A stretch of 62,318 nt of DNA, counting the filler, from Choristocarpus tenellus KU-1152 (Eukaryota; Protista; Phaeophyceae): the NCBI GenBank assembly GCA_964200185.2. It is 9 parts of 9 records of this genome, joined end to end, with 100 filler letters (N's around TTAATTAATTAA, not from the genome) between each part and the next. Parts side by side here need not be neighbours in the genome. Positions count along the whole stretch, not along the records: positions 1 to 4,868 come from CAXNAD020012729.1; positions 4,969 to 9,313 come from CAXNAD020015005.1; positions 9,414 to 28,780 come from CAXNAD020000469.1; 6 more parts are not named here. One strand, given 5' to 3'. This document shows, in pieces, positions 1 through 12,857 of this stretch. The translations under genes were made by a program, and so were the position numbers. The notes below the pieces were generated by a model. It did no database searches. It was given only the letters and a program-made list of their open reading frames with translations, and had not been told where the DNA came from. Within the stretch, counting starts at the first letter, position 1. Every line of letters begins with the position of its first letter.

Positions 1-1167
1 ATGGGGTAAAAAAAAAAAACTAATTCAGTGCCAGAAAGAGCAGGACTTTTTTTTCTCAAGAGGGTGTGTAATGTGTAACGTGTAATGCCATGGGGAGCAT
101 TTTATTGACGTAAAGGTGTGCAATGCCCTCACATTTAATATACTTTGTGAATTACCACCGAGTGCAAGCATGGTGCAAACAACACATGGAGAGTGAAGAT
201 CCCCAAGTGAGGACCCAAAAAGTGGAATCTTACAAACTCCTCAAAGGTGGTGAGGGTCAGAGTGGCATGAAGAACAGGGACATACAAGCAGAGGGCTGCA
301 TCAAGACAACATCACACATCACCTGGGAGAAAGATTAACTTGAGGTAAGTTGGTGGGGCAAGGCTTCTTGAAAGAGGTGTTGTCTAAATAAAAGCGGTGA
401 CTTGATTAGAGTACACTGAAATGAAGTATTTTAGCATGTACACAACAATGGCAAAGGAATCCGGCACATCCTATCCTTTCAACAAATTAATATCTCAAGC
501 TGTGTCTTACGATACACCAAAATTAGGTCCCTGAAACTTGCAAACAACATGCTTACAGGGCGATTTTTCTTGGGCTATATGCTATATATTCCTGTTCCGA
601 TTCTTGAGTTGGCATCAGGGAGGAAGTACCAACCCCTGAGAATTGTTGTTACCCCTGAGATTTTTGAGTATTCAAAAGCTAGAATTCCACGTTTTCATGG
701 GTATACGAAATGTAGCAATGCATTCCAAATTTCAAGAAAACGAGTAAATCCGACTTATGAAAAATGTCGGATACAGCAACCATTACACCCACTTATAGGT
801 ACTTGCTCCAAGATGTACAACAAAAATATATCAGAATACAAATCAGCCACACACACAGACCTGTAAGAATCACATCGTATGCATGATTCACGACTTCTGG
901 GCATATAAGCTTCGTGTATCTGAAGAGACGACCTTAAATACAGACCTACGCGCACATCATAAATTTAACACAGACGCACTGATACAACGAAGAGAAGAAG
1001 GTGTGCAACTTCAATTCCTTCTTTAAAAAACACTGAATGAGGGCAGGAACAGCGAAAAAACAGTAGAACACCTACGGTTATCTCTCCTTGAACTTGAGAT
1101 CCTGCTGATGTTTACGCGTATGTGGGCACACACGGGGGAATACATGTCAAAAATACATCAATCTTAC

Positions 1168-2380
1168 CCTAGCTTGAACCCCTGCTTTTGCTGTTGCCAC
1201 GAAACCATCCTTCCCGTCCCAGTTATCTTCTTCTCCCACACCTAGAAGCCACTTAAGGATCTCACGCACGGTATTTTCTCGGTCAGGGCAACTGGTGAGC
1301 TCGCAGACCTCATGCATCGAGAGATGGCGTCCATACCTTGAAGAGTCTGGATCAGACACCGCTAGGGCTGTCGCCTCCAGCTGGTCAATATTACACTGGC
1401 GAAGATTTACCTGTCAATGAGGGAGTAAGGGTAGAGAGGGGGAGGAAGTGTGTGCAAGTTACATCGTGTCACGATGTCGTGCACTGAAGGCCAGCGTTCG
1501 CAGAAACTGGGTCTTAGCATACCAACAGGAGTAGTTCCACGTCCCATCATTTAGTTTTCTTTCAGATAAGGGCCTTGCTACCACAAGATTTTATAGATAC
1601 TGAAAGTTAAGAGTTCGAGAATTTCTTCAGCAGATTTCAGTCAGTCCGTTGCTCTTGGATTCACCTTGAAATCTGCCCGAAGTGAAGTCGACTCATGGTC
1701 GACGATTGTCCACCCCGCTGTCGAAGGACTACGAAACGCGCCGCTCGCGACCTTCACTCTATCAGTTAGACGTGCAGTGTCTTGCCAAAGTTCCGCCCAG
1801 ACACAATTCTGGACTTGCAACAGAGCAAACAATGTATAGACCTTCATTGTGCCGCAAAATAAGGCCAAGTGAAGATATCTCTATTTCAAAGCAGGTGTCT
1901 GAGGATAAGCCGCTTGCAGCACCCCAATAGATACGCCGAGATTTAGCAGTCGTCCAGGATCTCAGATCATTCCACAAACTTCAACAATAGACAAATGGTC
2001 CTGCATCCCGTTCTTCGCACAAGTAAAATTTGCTTGACCAAGGTTTCATTTGAAGGCGGGGTTTCCAAACCTTGCTGATTGGAAGCTCCTCACTGACTAC
2101 TTGTGGAAACATGATTTTGATATTGAAATAAAACATCTCATACTGCATCTCAACAGCACACTACAACAGTTGTCGTCGTAACCTACAGGATGGGTATAAA
2201 GCGCACCCTCACCCTATGTCTCCTAGTTGGAGTGGTGCTAGACCGATCCTCGGCATTTATGTTTCCCGTTGCGGCCAGCCACCACCGCGGGATGGTGGAG
2301 ATGGCGATGGATGTAAGTTGGTTGGTGTTGAAGAGGGTGAAATCTGTCGTGTGAGACTGATATAGTCTCTGCATGACCAT
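1168..2380 (-). CDS. Sedolisin/tripeptidyl-peptidase I (peptidase S53) N-terminal prodomain, partial gene
   Basis: Exon 1410..1168 (CAG acceptor, GTAAGA donor, 81 codons) reads VNLRQCNIDQLEATALAVSDPDSSRYGRHLSMHEVCEL...TVREILKWL. This matches the pro-kumamolisin/TPP1 activation-domain pattern (L.Q.N...L......VSDP.S..YG..L...V). A probable upstream exon 2380..2207 (or 2213) ends in phase 0 with ...RHRVR. Catalytic exons were not identified. Confidence 0.75.
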
Positions 2381-2965
2381 ATTGTTCTGGCCAATTTACT
2401 AACCGTTTCGGGCATTCTTTTGTTTTGGGAGCGCTTCCTAGAGGATGGGAGGTGCATCTCAGTGAAACGATAGGGAGATTTCTTGTCCATTGTATCGAAG
2501 ATAGACGACATGACTCGCCGCTAAGAATCCGTTACTTAGCTCTCAACGGGGTGTCCTACTGAGAGTAAAACGTATGTAGGATCACGGACGGTCAGTACAC
2601 GACATACCACGCGAATTATGTCGTAGTCTTCAGGGATTACCTGTCATTTTCTATGCAGGAGGTCTTAGCGCACGATCCTATGCAAGGACATCGAAACATT
2701 CTACCAAGAGGTGTTGATTGCATCAATGCTGCAATCTATCCTCATAAATAGGCTCGATTTATTTTTCTTCCCTGTTTATCCTCTGCGCTACAGTCGTTCC
2801 CAATCACTATACTACGGAAACTCTGTATCAGTTCGCACCAGGAACGATACCCGATTACCACGCAGCGTAGTCACACGCTGCAACTACAGTCCCCATTCCT
2901 TCCTTAAACCGTACAACGTGCTTGCCATCGTATCGCGTCTTGATTTATTCCTTGTTTCCATCCAG

Positions 2966-4361
2966 AACGAGTCAGTCGGGCCAGTGAGCCGGAGTCAATG
3001 TTTGTCGGCAGCAGCAGCGGCAATAGTGGGATTGGTTGGGGTCGGGTCAGGGGCGACAGGAGCTGCGGCCCGTGAGAGCGCAAGACTCACCCCACGCCCA
3101 CGACTCCCCGATGATGACAAGCAAGGCAGCGACTACCTCCCACTTGGTGGAGGAGGAATAGAATCCCCCTACACAAAGCCACGTATGCGCTACTCGTAAG
3201 TGTAGGTCTATATACACCACTTCACCCACAACGCCCCACACAATGCTCCTTTGTGCTCCACAGAAGCTGATGATTTCTACATCAAAGATGGAGGATAATG
3301 GAAAGCAGGGATGGGTATTTTACCTCTCAGCATTTCAGCACTGGGCTAAGGGTTGCGTGTGGGGATGTACAGTCGTATTTCTTGGTTCTTCCTCTGTGAC
3401 AAGAATTGCCGTCGGTTTGGTAGAGCTGTAATTGTAGGTCATGTGGATGCAAAGAAAAGGGAAAAACTTGTGCAGCACATCCAAGCAGCAGAGTTCAGCT
3501 ATACCTCACTGGAATCGTAGTTTTTATGGGTGCAGTGTGTGTACGTGTTGGTCAGTGTAAATAGAATGAATGCAATCCACTAGTTTTAATATAGAGGTAA
3601 GCAAACCAAGTGTTGTCAATGATCAGGCTTGAAAGCAAAGCAGCTGGTGGTTGGACACAAACACACACTAACACCACACACCCACATCGTTTTTTTTACT
3701 TGTGTCTCCTCTTTTTTTACTCTTGAGGGCAACGGGTTTAGGGTTAGGGTTAAGGGGTTGGATTGGGGGGAGAAGGAGATGGATTGCAATCGATGGTCCT
3801 TAAACCTTTTTTGCGCTGTTGCTTTTGTTTGGCGTTTTTGTAGCAAAAAAACTACGTTGCCATGTCCTGAGTACAGATATTGGCAGAGGAGAATGTCCAC
3901 AATAGAAGAAATGGTCTCAAACATGACAGGTTGTAACCTCCTTCATCCTCAGAGTCTACTACGAAAAGCTCAATCCCAATTTCACTCATTCACCGTCCTT
4001 CACTTCACTTTGTTTTTTATGGTGGTTGAATAGACCTTGGCCATGTGGATAAGGAATAGCAATGAGCTGGTATCAAAGATCACCCCTCCCTTCCCCCCTG
4101 ACTGCACCCACTCACTTTCCTCCTCCCAAGTACTAAGTCAGAATCACTGGGTTTTTTTATTTGTCAGAATCACTGGGGGTTTTTTTAATCTGCAATTGAT
4201 GCAAATTAGAGGTTGGTAATATAAATCTTTGGTGTAGGGTAACAAGAGGCAATTTTATCTTAGCAATGATGGTGGTAGTAGAGCACTTGAAAGGGTTAGG
4301 GAATAGCAATCTACTCCAACGGGTGCGGACAAGTACTCGTAGTGAAAGACAATGTATGCCC

Positions 4362-4419
<58 letters not shown>

Positions 4420-4779
4420 TTTTTCTTTTCTCCCCCCTCTTTCTTCCCTCTTTTTTCCCTTCCACCTCACCATCCTCCANNNNNNNNNNAATTCTACGAC
4501 CCCCACCGTCACCCCCTCCCTCCCCCTCCCCCACCCTCCCCCGATCTCGTCGTCAACGATCCCGTTCCCCCTCCCCCTCCCCCTCCCCCCCCTCCCCTAT
4601 TCGATTATGCTGTGATGATCTCATCTCTCTTTCCTTCCACCTCATTTATTGGCACCTCCATGTCAGTGATTTTACTTCAACCAACAGCGGTCTCCAATTC
4701 AAGGATGCCAAGGTAGGAACGGGAGTCTCTGCTGCTAAGGGCGACAGGATCGTCATGGACTGGGAGGGTTATACCATTG
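2966..4779 (+). CDS. Thylakoid-lumen FKBP-type peptidyl-prolyl isomerase (FKBP19-like), partial
   Basis: Exon 2966..3195 has an Ala-rich lumen-transit-like segment and ends ...YTKPRMRYS|GTAAGT. It splices in phase to exon 4667..4779 (DFTSTNSGLQFKDAKVGTGVSAAKGDRIVMDWEGYTIG|GTGAGA), which resembles plant FKBP19 (KMKYPDYTETQSGLQYKD...VVVDWDGYTIG). The first exon is unresolved and the 3' end is cut by the contig end. Confidence 0.85.
4363..4415. repeat. poly-C homopolymer (~53 nt) in intron
   Basis: Direct reading. It lies in a C/T-rich intron next to a 10-N gap (4480-4489). Confidence 0.9.
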
Positions 4780-4868
4780 GTGAGAAGCAAGGGGGGGGGG
4801 GGGGGGGGGGGGGGGCTTTGCCACACACCCACCCCCCAAAAAAAGGAAAAAAGGGAGAAAAGGACAGG

Positions 4869-4968
4869 NNNNNNNNNNNNNNNNNNNNNNNNNNNNNNNN
4901 NNNNNNNNNNNNTTAATTAATTAANNNNNNNNNNNNNNNNNNNNNNNNNNNNNNNNNNNNNNNNNNNN
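4869..4968. other. Artificial contig linker (44N + TTAATTAATTAA + 44N); 8 copies in window
   Basis: Identical 100-bp spacers with stop codons in all six frames at 4869-4968, 9314-9413, 28781-28880, 33190-33289, 38715-38814, 45609-45708, 53942-54041 and 59322-59421. Confidence 0.98.
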
Positions 4969-5034
4969 ACACCAAGCAATCTCGCCAGGTTTATCACCTT
5001 TATGTTCTTTGATGATTTTGGGGATACTTTAACA
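4969..5034 (+). repeat. Dispersed ~65-bp repeat (probable copia LTR 3' end), second copy at 44119-44183
   Basis: CAAGCAATCTC...GGTTTATCACCTTTAT..TCTTTGATG..TT.GG.GATACTTTAAC is shared by both sites. The first copy ends in CA and truncates the gypsy gag. The second lies just upstream of a copia gag. Confidence 0.6.
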
Positions 5035-5905
5035 GGAGTAAGCCATCCTCCATCAGCGTTATCTTCAGTTGGTCGATAAGTAAAGCTCTCGTGTCAACTG
5101 CATCTGAGGACGACGTTGTGCGATGAACATCATCCAAGAAACGATTCATTGCTGTGGTGCAACGTAATGTATATTTATCAACAGACTCGTTCTCCCCCTG
5201 TTTCAACGATGTTAGTCGACGAGCTGATACACTTACAGCATGGGCGGGAGTGAACGCAGTGATCAGGGCTTTCTGGAAATCATCCCACGTTTTTGGGGGT
5301 GTAATGGGGACTGGAGTGTCAAGAGACGTTTGCAAACGAGCCAGGTCACTGGTTGAACGCCACTCTACTGTGCCTGCCAACGCTGAAAGTAAAACGTTTC
5401 AGCTGGACCTTGAAGAATTTTCGGTAAAACTTCTACACATCGAGCGTTGATTGTCTCAGGGGATGCGGAACCATATTGCCTAGAGTGCAAGGAAATTGCT
5501 ACTTGCCATTTGGAAAATAAGAGTGGCAAATTTTCCTCTCCCGAACCTGTAATGACAAGACCAGATGGAATTTCTGAGGACACCGGTGTCGCCAATGTGA
5601 ATAGTGTGATTCTGTGGCGGCAGGTTCACTCAGGCAAGGGTGGCGAAGAGAATCACCGGGTAAGACGGACCACACGAACAAGGACAAACCGTGAACCGAG
5701 GGTACGAGGTTAAGGTTGGTCAAGTGTAAATTTAGGAGTGAGGAGCACCATCAAAGGTGGGGCTTCATCACCGCCAGTCAAGACGTGAAAACAAAGTGGG
5801 TTTTCCGTGTGTGGCACTCGGACAGAAAGCCTGTACGTGTAATCACGGATTCTTGACTAGGAACCTTAATCGGTACCACGGTATAACGGTATATGGCATA
5901 CGGAA
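5035..5905 (-). mobile_element. Ty3/gypsy LTR retrotransposon 5' remnant (LTR, PBS, frameshifted gag)
   Basis: The minus-strand ORF contains the Retrotrans_gag-like TWDDFQKALITAFTP...ARRLTSLKQGENESVDKY. The LTR ends ...TTCACA at 5596, followed by PBS-like TGGCGACACCGG (5594-5583). The LTR sequence recurs at ~53218-53793. Confidence 0.75.
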
Positions 5906-8637
5906 ATAACGGTATAATAACAGACAAACATGCTTTCCGCATGAAAAATAAAAGCAAAACTCTTCTATTCCAAAATCGTCAGAAGTTTCCTCAATTACTG
6001 TTGTACCAAGTTGCAACCTTCGACTTCCCTATTATTGGTATTTTTCTTTCATACATTGATTTGATCAATTTAAACTCATAAGTAGAATGTTATGAAATTG
6101 AAAGTTGAGACAAAATGGGGACATGATGGTTGAGGGGACTGGCGACAAGACTGAGGATAGAAGCGACAGCTTAGGAGGTGGTGTAAATAAAGAATTGGGG
6201 TGTTGATACAGGGGACATCGTTCCCCCCAGTAATCCTCGCATTTACCCTGCCTACAACACGGTCCTCACAACTAACACTCTCCAGGGATGCCTAACTTCA
6301 ACCCAAGGAGGAAACAGGTTACTCAGACCATGCCCCTGCAGTTCACAGGAAGGGGGGAGCAACTAGTGACGATGGAGGAAGGAACACGACAGCAAAGATA
6401 GTTGGGGTCTGCAGGATGGTGACGGTTTCACGATGAGCTGGTTTTATACTTCCAGGTGGGGCTAGGGTGGATGAAAGCTGAAGGGAGGAGACAGAAGAGG
6501 TCACAGGCACCCACAGTAGGACAGGAGGAATCTCTTGGATTTGACGGCCAGCCCTTCCCACCAGGGACCCCAACCCCCGGCCCCCTCAACTGCAACTTCC
6601 ACACACACCGGAGTCCTGCCCCATCTACGTTTCCCACATAGAATCGGCAGTGTACCCTTTCACGCGCTCATACACCCTTTACCTAGCCTATGCCTCTGCC
6701 CCTTACCTCCTGCTACCGCCACTCTGTGCTGTAGCCCACCTCCCACACCCCGGCCTATCCTGAGCGTTTCTATTCTGCTGTGGAATGTAGTGCGAGACTC
6801 GAGGCTGTTCTCTAATCCATTCACTCCTAATCATCCTCCACCCTATTTGCCATCCCGCCATTCCACCTAATCTGCACCCTGAGCCCTCATCCCCCTGCCC
6901 CCCCTGCTCCATTTCTTCCCTGCTCAGACTGCCTGCAGCCACTCCCCCACGACAATCTTGGCAACCTTCCTTCTGGTTGCTCCCTTCACCTCACCTGCAC
7001 AAATACTAAGTAGTAGTATCGTCTCCCCTTTTTAAGTGTTGAAAATCGAAGAAATTTGGGAGTATGAGGTTAGGTAGATCAATTTGAAGAGGTTCCATGT
7101 CGTAGGCTGAATTGAAGAGTACGCAAAGCGGTGACCGCACGACGAGGTGATGATGAGGAACTGCCCAGCATCGTGACGATCTTCAGATCGAATTGGACGT
7201 GTGTATGCGCAAGAAAATATCCACTCGTTGAAGTGTTTCGATTTCAAATCCCAACTGTTGTTCGAGTAAGTATACCAACCCCCTTGAATCGTTTTGATTC
7301 ACAGCACCAGAGTTCTCCTCTGTATACTCCGCCCGTTGTTAGTAACCATGCGTAGCTATTGCGAAAATCTAGATAGATATCTTATGGCTTAGATATTCAC
7401 TTGGTCACCTTGCTTCACCCAAGATTTTGGATGCATGAACAAACATCACTTCCTGGATCTTCCACTCACAAAGAGCACTTAAAATCGCTGCACAGTACAA
7501 ACTATAGTCAGTTGTTCAGGGATGGGGTCCAAGAACAGGCCTTACAAGACTAAATGATATGCTAAAAACTCACTTATTTTTGTTCCCCTCCACTTTCCTC
7601 ACTGTCTTGCCTCCACTGCACACCTGAGTCCACCCTCCTTCCCACTTCAAGTGCCACAATTAACCACAAACCACACCTTGATGGATACTGGTGCGCTTCT
7701 AGTGTCAAGTATCTGAGAACCATGCAAATCTAGAAATAATCTCATCTATTGATGCCTGCTACCCTTTCAATAGTAGGTTTCTCCAACTACCATCAAACAT
7801 GGATTTCAAATCCATTTCTTGGTCGATGAATATATACTGCTGATAAAAGGGATTGCGACAATAGGTTCACACATATTCATGCCTATTGTCTCAGGAAATG
7901 GAAGGCCCCTGCCCAATTGTACAGAATGCTGTGGTGCTTACACAGAGTAAAAAGGTATCAGTAACAGCTTGATCGCAGTATGCTTTCCTACAAATTCAAA
8001 AAGTGCTGAAGTTCGGTGAGAGGGTTGACTGTGGTCACTGCAATGCATGTATTGATTGTACTTCAAAGAAAGAGGCACATCCAGTTATGACAAATCACAT
8101 ACTTCTCTTGTGCCCAGTATAAAAAAATATGAGGATGATGGCACATTGCTCAGGGTAATGACGTATTGTGTTCTATATCCCGTTGTGAAGCTGGGAAACA
8201 TTGTGAACAATTGCAAGGTTGAAGAACATGGTTAATTATAAGATTGACATGAAAAAATGAGCGCTCCTTACAAGAAGACCAGAACATTCACACAATATCC
8301 AGCGTCCCACCACATAGGAGAATAAAACACCAACCTCATTGGCACCCCCATTCTTTAAAGAAAACCTTCGAGCAGCCTATACCTGTACTAATCAGCTTCC
8401 TACTTTTGCTCCACCAGGATTCTCTACCCCTTCATGGCGGATGCCAATTCCTGCAACTGTCCCTGATGGGAACAATATCTGTTCTCCTCCACTCGATGAA
8501 GTGCCCAGGATTAAAAAATCGAAACTAGAAATGGGTAGCTTGCAAAAGCAAACCAAAAGGAAGACAACGTCTTTCTAATAGGGTCCAATAAAAAAAAGGT
8601 TACGGGACAAATACTCCTCTACTTCCATAAGATCACT

Positions 8638-8919
8638 TTAGTCTTGACGAAGCGGTCCTTGTGTTTTTTTTTTTTCTCCTTGTGGATGGGCATCCTCAGC
8701 TGCTCGTCGGCCTCCCCCTGGTTGAGGTGTGGGTGGTGTCCCAAATTCAGGCAGGGGTTTCAATCCCAGCTTCTCACGAACCCCTGGGTCTTTCATGGCC
8801 AGGTACTGTCCAGAGGTGAAGAGCGAAGAAGTTATCCAGTACAAGAACACTCCCTGGGGCAGGGTGCCCACGATAGGAAGGCTCAACACTATCAAGGGTT
8901 GGCAAACACTCTTGAGCAT
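8638..8919 (-). CDS. Oxa1/YidC/Cox18 family membrane insertase, terminal exon
   Basis: CAG acceptor at 8922-8920. The translation LIVLSLPIVGTLPQGVFLYWITSSLFTSGQYLAMKDPGVREKLGL matches the last transmembrane segments of Oxa1/YidC (P...FLYWITS.LF...Q...P.VR..LG). It ends in TAA; upstream exons are beyond the contig end. Confidence 0.8.
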   Translation of the reverse strand: MLKSVCQPLIVLSLPIVGTLPQGVFLYWITSSLFTSGQYLAMKDPGVREKLGLKPLPEFGTPPTPQPGGGRRAAEDAHPQGEKKKTQGPLRQD

Positions 8920-9413
8920 CTGTGCATCACCATCAAAATCGGATGCATAGCAGAAAAAAGTTCAATACTTAGATGCAGAAGCTGCAATAGCAGGGATAAT
9001 AACACGGACATTTTTACCGAGAAACGATATTTTCGTCTCAAGGCTCCTCAAAAATTCGAAAATGAGTTACTTAACACACACATATATATATATATACACA
9101 CACAAGGAAAATGACAGCAAAAAATCTAAACCAAAACATATCAAAACTAAACTAAAAGAGACGTTTCAATCCTGGGCTGAAGTGCTGTTTCCATGGATTT
9201 GTGTAACAGCTGTGGGGTGGTAAAAGGGTCAAAGTATCTGGTGGGGGGGGGTGTCGGCGGCCGTTTTTCACTTTTTTGGTGTGATTTTGGTCGCACATGT
9301 CGGATTTGAAATGNNNNNNNNNNNNNNNNNNNNNNNNNNNNNNNNNNNNNNNNNNNNTTAATTAATTAANNNNNNNNNNNNNNNNNNNNNNNNNNNNNNN
9401 NNNNNNNNNNNNN

Positions 9414-12182
9414 GGAGGGGGCAATGGTAGTGCAAGGGGGACTGATGCTGGTAGAAGTGCTGGAGGAGGCGGTTGGGGCAGTGCTACCACCATTGGTGGT
9501 GGTGGAGGCTGCAGTGGAGTGGATGCAGGGGCTGCAGCGGTGGGTGCAGTGGAGACAACAACAGGAGGAGGCTGGGTGCCCCCAGGGCTGAGTTCCTCAT
9601 TGATCTGGGCCTCTGCAACTATTCGGAACTCCTGAGCTAGCTCAGCATTGGTACGCCAAAGGTCATCCACTGACATTCTTGCCACCTGTCCCAGTTCTTG
9701 CATCTGTGTTTGTATAGATGCATACATGTATGGGGAGGGAGAAAATACAAAGTTGGATGGAGATTAGACAAAATGAGTTGATAAACACGATCAAGAAAGA
9801 GATAAGAGATACAGGCTAAGAGGACATCAATGTGTAAATAAGAAATGCAGGGCATAGAGGCCTGCCCACAGACAGGAGAAAGGTCAAGGAAAACTACTTC
9901 AGCACATTGCTCTCACCTGCTGGTCCAGCAGCTGCTTCATGCGGGCATTCACTAACGCACCCACATCAGGCCCCACAGGAGATGTAATTGCTGCTGTCAC
10001 TGGAGGTGGTGGTGGTGGCAAGTGTTGCTGTTGCTGCACTGGCAAACCCACCCCACGATCTGGCAGGCTGACTGTGGGTACACTCATCATTGGGATGTGA
10101 GGTCTCTGCTGTGTATGGGATAGGGTCTGCGGAACAGGAGGAGAAGGTTGGGCTGTTGGTGGGTGCTGCTGCTGCTGTCGAACACCCTTCCGCATGAAAT
10201 CCCTTATCTCCTCTAGCTTTTCAGTGCTGAATATAGAGCTCAGTTCCCAAGTGCTGAGTACCCTACCAAGCGCTTTCTGCATGGTGTATGGAGTGTGGAA
10301 ATAAGCAGGGGGTGGATTGGGAAGAATAGTGTCAGTGTCAGTTTTTCCAGTGCTTTTTCGCATCCTTGACTGGAATACCTTTTAAGCTGGAAACCTACAG
10401 AGTATTGACAGTGGACCCCAAAATGTCCACACATTTGCTTGTAGATGTACACATTTCTCAGGTAACTCTAGCATTAATTCATGATAAGAAAATACTTCTC
10501 AGTCCTTCCAATCTGTGCCTTCCCCATCAACATAATGATGGTGCCTCTGATGATGGGGGGAGCAAATAGACTTCCAAAACGATCAAAGTATTCCCCCCCC
10601 TCCTCTCTGGAAACCTTCCTTCGCACGTTATCCCTGCATGAAGAGTGACCACATGCAGTGAGGTACATGTGATACAACCAAGGAGGGGGAGCATGTTGGA
10701 GTAGATGCATAGGTGGAATGATTTTCTGGGGAATACGGAAACACGAGCTGGTGCATACTCTTTTCTACCCACAATGCACCAATTATTTTTCCAATAAAAA
10801 AAGGACTGCCCTATCTCAGAAGGAAGCACAGTGTGAGAAAAAAGGAATCAGGTGACCACAACAATTGCAAAACTTAAAAACGGAAGAAAGTGAACCTGAG
10901 GGGGATATTGTGGGCACACACACTCTGTCATGGACTTGTTTCTAAGGCAACCCTGTGTCAAGGCAGTCGCCTTAAGTCAGAGAGCACTGGGGCAAACAAA
11001 CGGGGAGCACAAAAGCAGTGCGTCAACAACATTTTTCTTTTGCCTACACAAGCAATTGATGTTGCTTGTAAGTAAGTGAGGAGCATGAGATGATACCTGT
11101 CCAACTCAGTTGTTGTCTTGGTGAGAGTGGGGGTGTAATGCATGGTGCACCCTCGAGATGATCAAGTGCACTAAAACTAACATTTCTTGGGAACATTGAT
11201 CTCACATCTTACTGTTGAGAGTGACATCTACCCCATGAGTGGACCTTCAAAAGAGGACAGCGTGTAACCTTTCACAGTTTGGACAGTCTACATCAATTGT
11301 GCAGGGTGATCCGTGCCACATCAGTAACATACAACTGGTCGCTATCCCATTGAAGTGTTCCTATCGCAAGAAGGAGTGATGAGAGAAGACCCTATCTAAG
11401 AGTCCATGGCCAAAAGTTGAAACCAAGTTCTTTGGGAAAGAATAATTTTTCAGCGTTCACTTCACTGAGGTCTTATGTCAGTGACTGTTCTGGTCATTGT
11501 GTGGGGACAGTGTATTGCTGCAGTATCCCTCATGATGCCAAGCTGAGTACTTCACACTCGCTGCATGGTGGCCCATAGAATAGCGGGAATGACATATGAA
11601 ACACATCCCATGTGCATTGAGGCTAATGGAGTGACAAACGATGAAGCCCCAGTATTCAAGAAATAATAGGGGGGGAAGTAAAGATAAGTCATCGTCAGTT
11701 GAACTGAGCCCAGACCCTCGCGTGGCGAGAAAAAAACAGAGTGTTGCAAAATCTCTTGGGGAGTTAATGGGCTTTAGCTGTTCCGTTCGCCAAGAAATGT
11801 CCGGCACTGCTGACCCACTGTGGTGTAGGTTCTCATACCCTGGGCAGGCCGATGCCCCCCTCACCTTGCTCTTCTGATCCACAGCCTCGTAGGCGCTGCT
11901 GAACCATCTCACTACCCCTCGGTGGAACAGGGTGGCGTACGGATCTCCAACATTCTTGAGGATTGAATCCACGAGATAGCAGAGGGGAAGCTTGCGCCCA
12001 TGAGGCAAGGTCGAATCCATTATCATGCCCTCAAGCAAAGCGACAATACCCTCAGACATCTCAGGATGACGGGAGGCAGACTGTGTCAGCGAATTTATTA
12101 TATTTTTGTCTGGGAACGCGCCAAGCTCTTGAACCTTTCCAGCATACCCCCGAACATACTCTTCCATTGTATAGCTCCCCAT
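9414..12182 (-). CDS. CID (RNA Pol II CTD-interacting) domain protein, Pcf11-like, 3' truncated
   Basis: Exons 12182..11865, 10276..9917 and 9703..<9414, all phase-0 GT-AG. The N-terminus has IINSLT...KLPLCYLVDSILKNVGDPYATLF...AYEAVD...KALGRVLSTW, with the CID signature DSI.KN, followed by Pro/Gln-rich low complexity. Confidence 0.85.
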
Positions 12183-12857
12183 CCTAACCAGCTAAATCCC
12201 CCTTCCCCTTACACACAAAATACCCCGGCCTCGCAGATCTCGTGTCCGCACAGTACGTGGAGCCTCGAACACCAGGGTATGACCGACCAGGAGATTCTCC
12301 AAATGCCGTAAGTTGAGCGATTCTTCAAAGGTGTGAAACTGTGTAACATATGATGGGTGAGCAAAGATGGTTTGGTGAGATAGGCAGGGCAGAACCCTCA
12401 AGAGACAAAGCATGACAACTGAACAAGCTTTGGGTACTAACAATATATCACGCTGCAGAAGGAAGGATGAAGGTCAATGTGTGTTAATGGTGTGCTAATA
12501 AGGTTGTGCACATAATGAGGAAGGGCCGTCTCTATCTCTGCAGAGCGCACAGGAAAGATATTTCCCGATGAAACTCTCCCTCTCTTATTCTTACCTACAC
12601 CACTAGTTAACGGTACTTCTGAAGTCGACCATAGCATATTGAGTCTTTATCTAGGGCACAATCGGGACATGCGCGTACAGTGGAGACAGGTATTCCCTCC
12701 CCTTTGATCCCCTTCCCTTCGATTACCCAACTTGATCAATAACGCCATCCATGGTTACATTTCCCTATTTTCTACGATACTGTAAACGAACTTCTTGTAA
12801 GATTGTGTTCATAGTTAGCACCGACTGAGGGATTTGGTGGGGGAAATCGCAAGTGCA

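Noticed and set aside
4157-4716. Poly-Pro/poly-Gly ORFs
   Set aside because: Translations of an intronic poly-C tract and gap.
4869-4968. Recurrent TTAATTAATTAA palindrome as a biological repeat
   Set aside because: Always centred in exactly 44+44 N; it is an assembly-concatenation linker.
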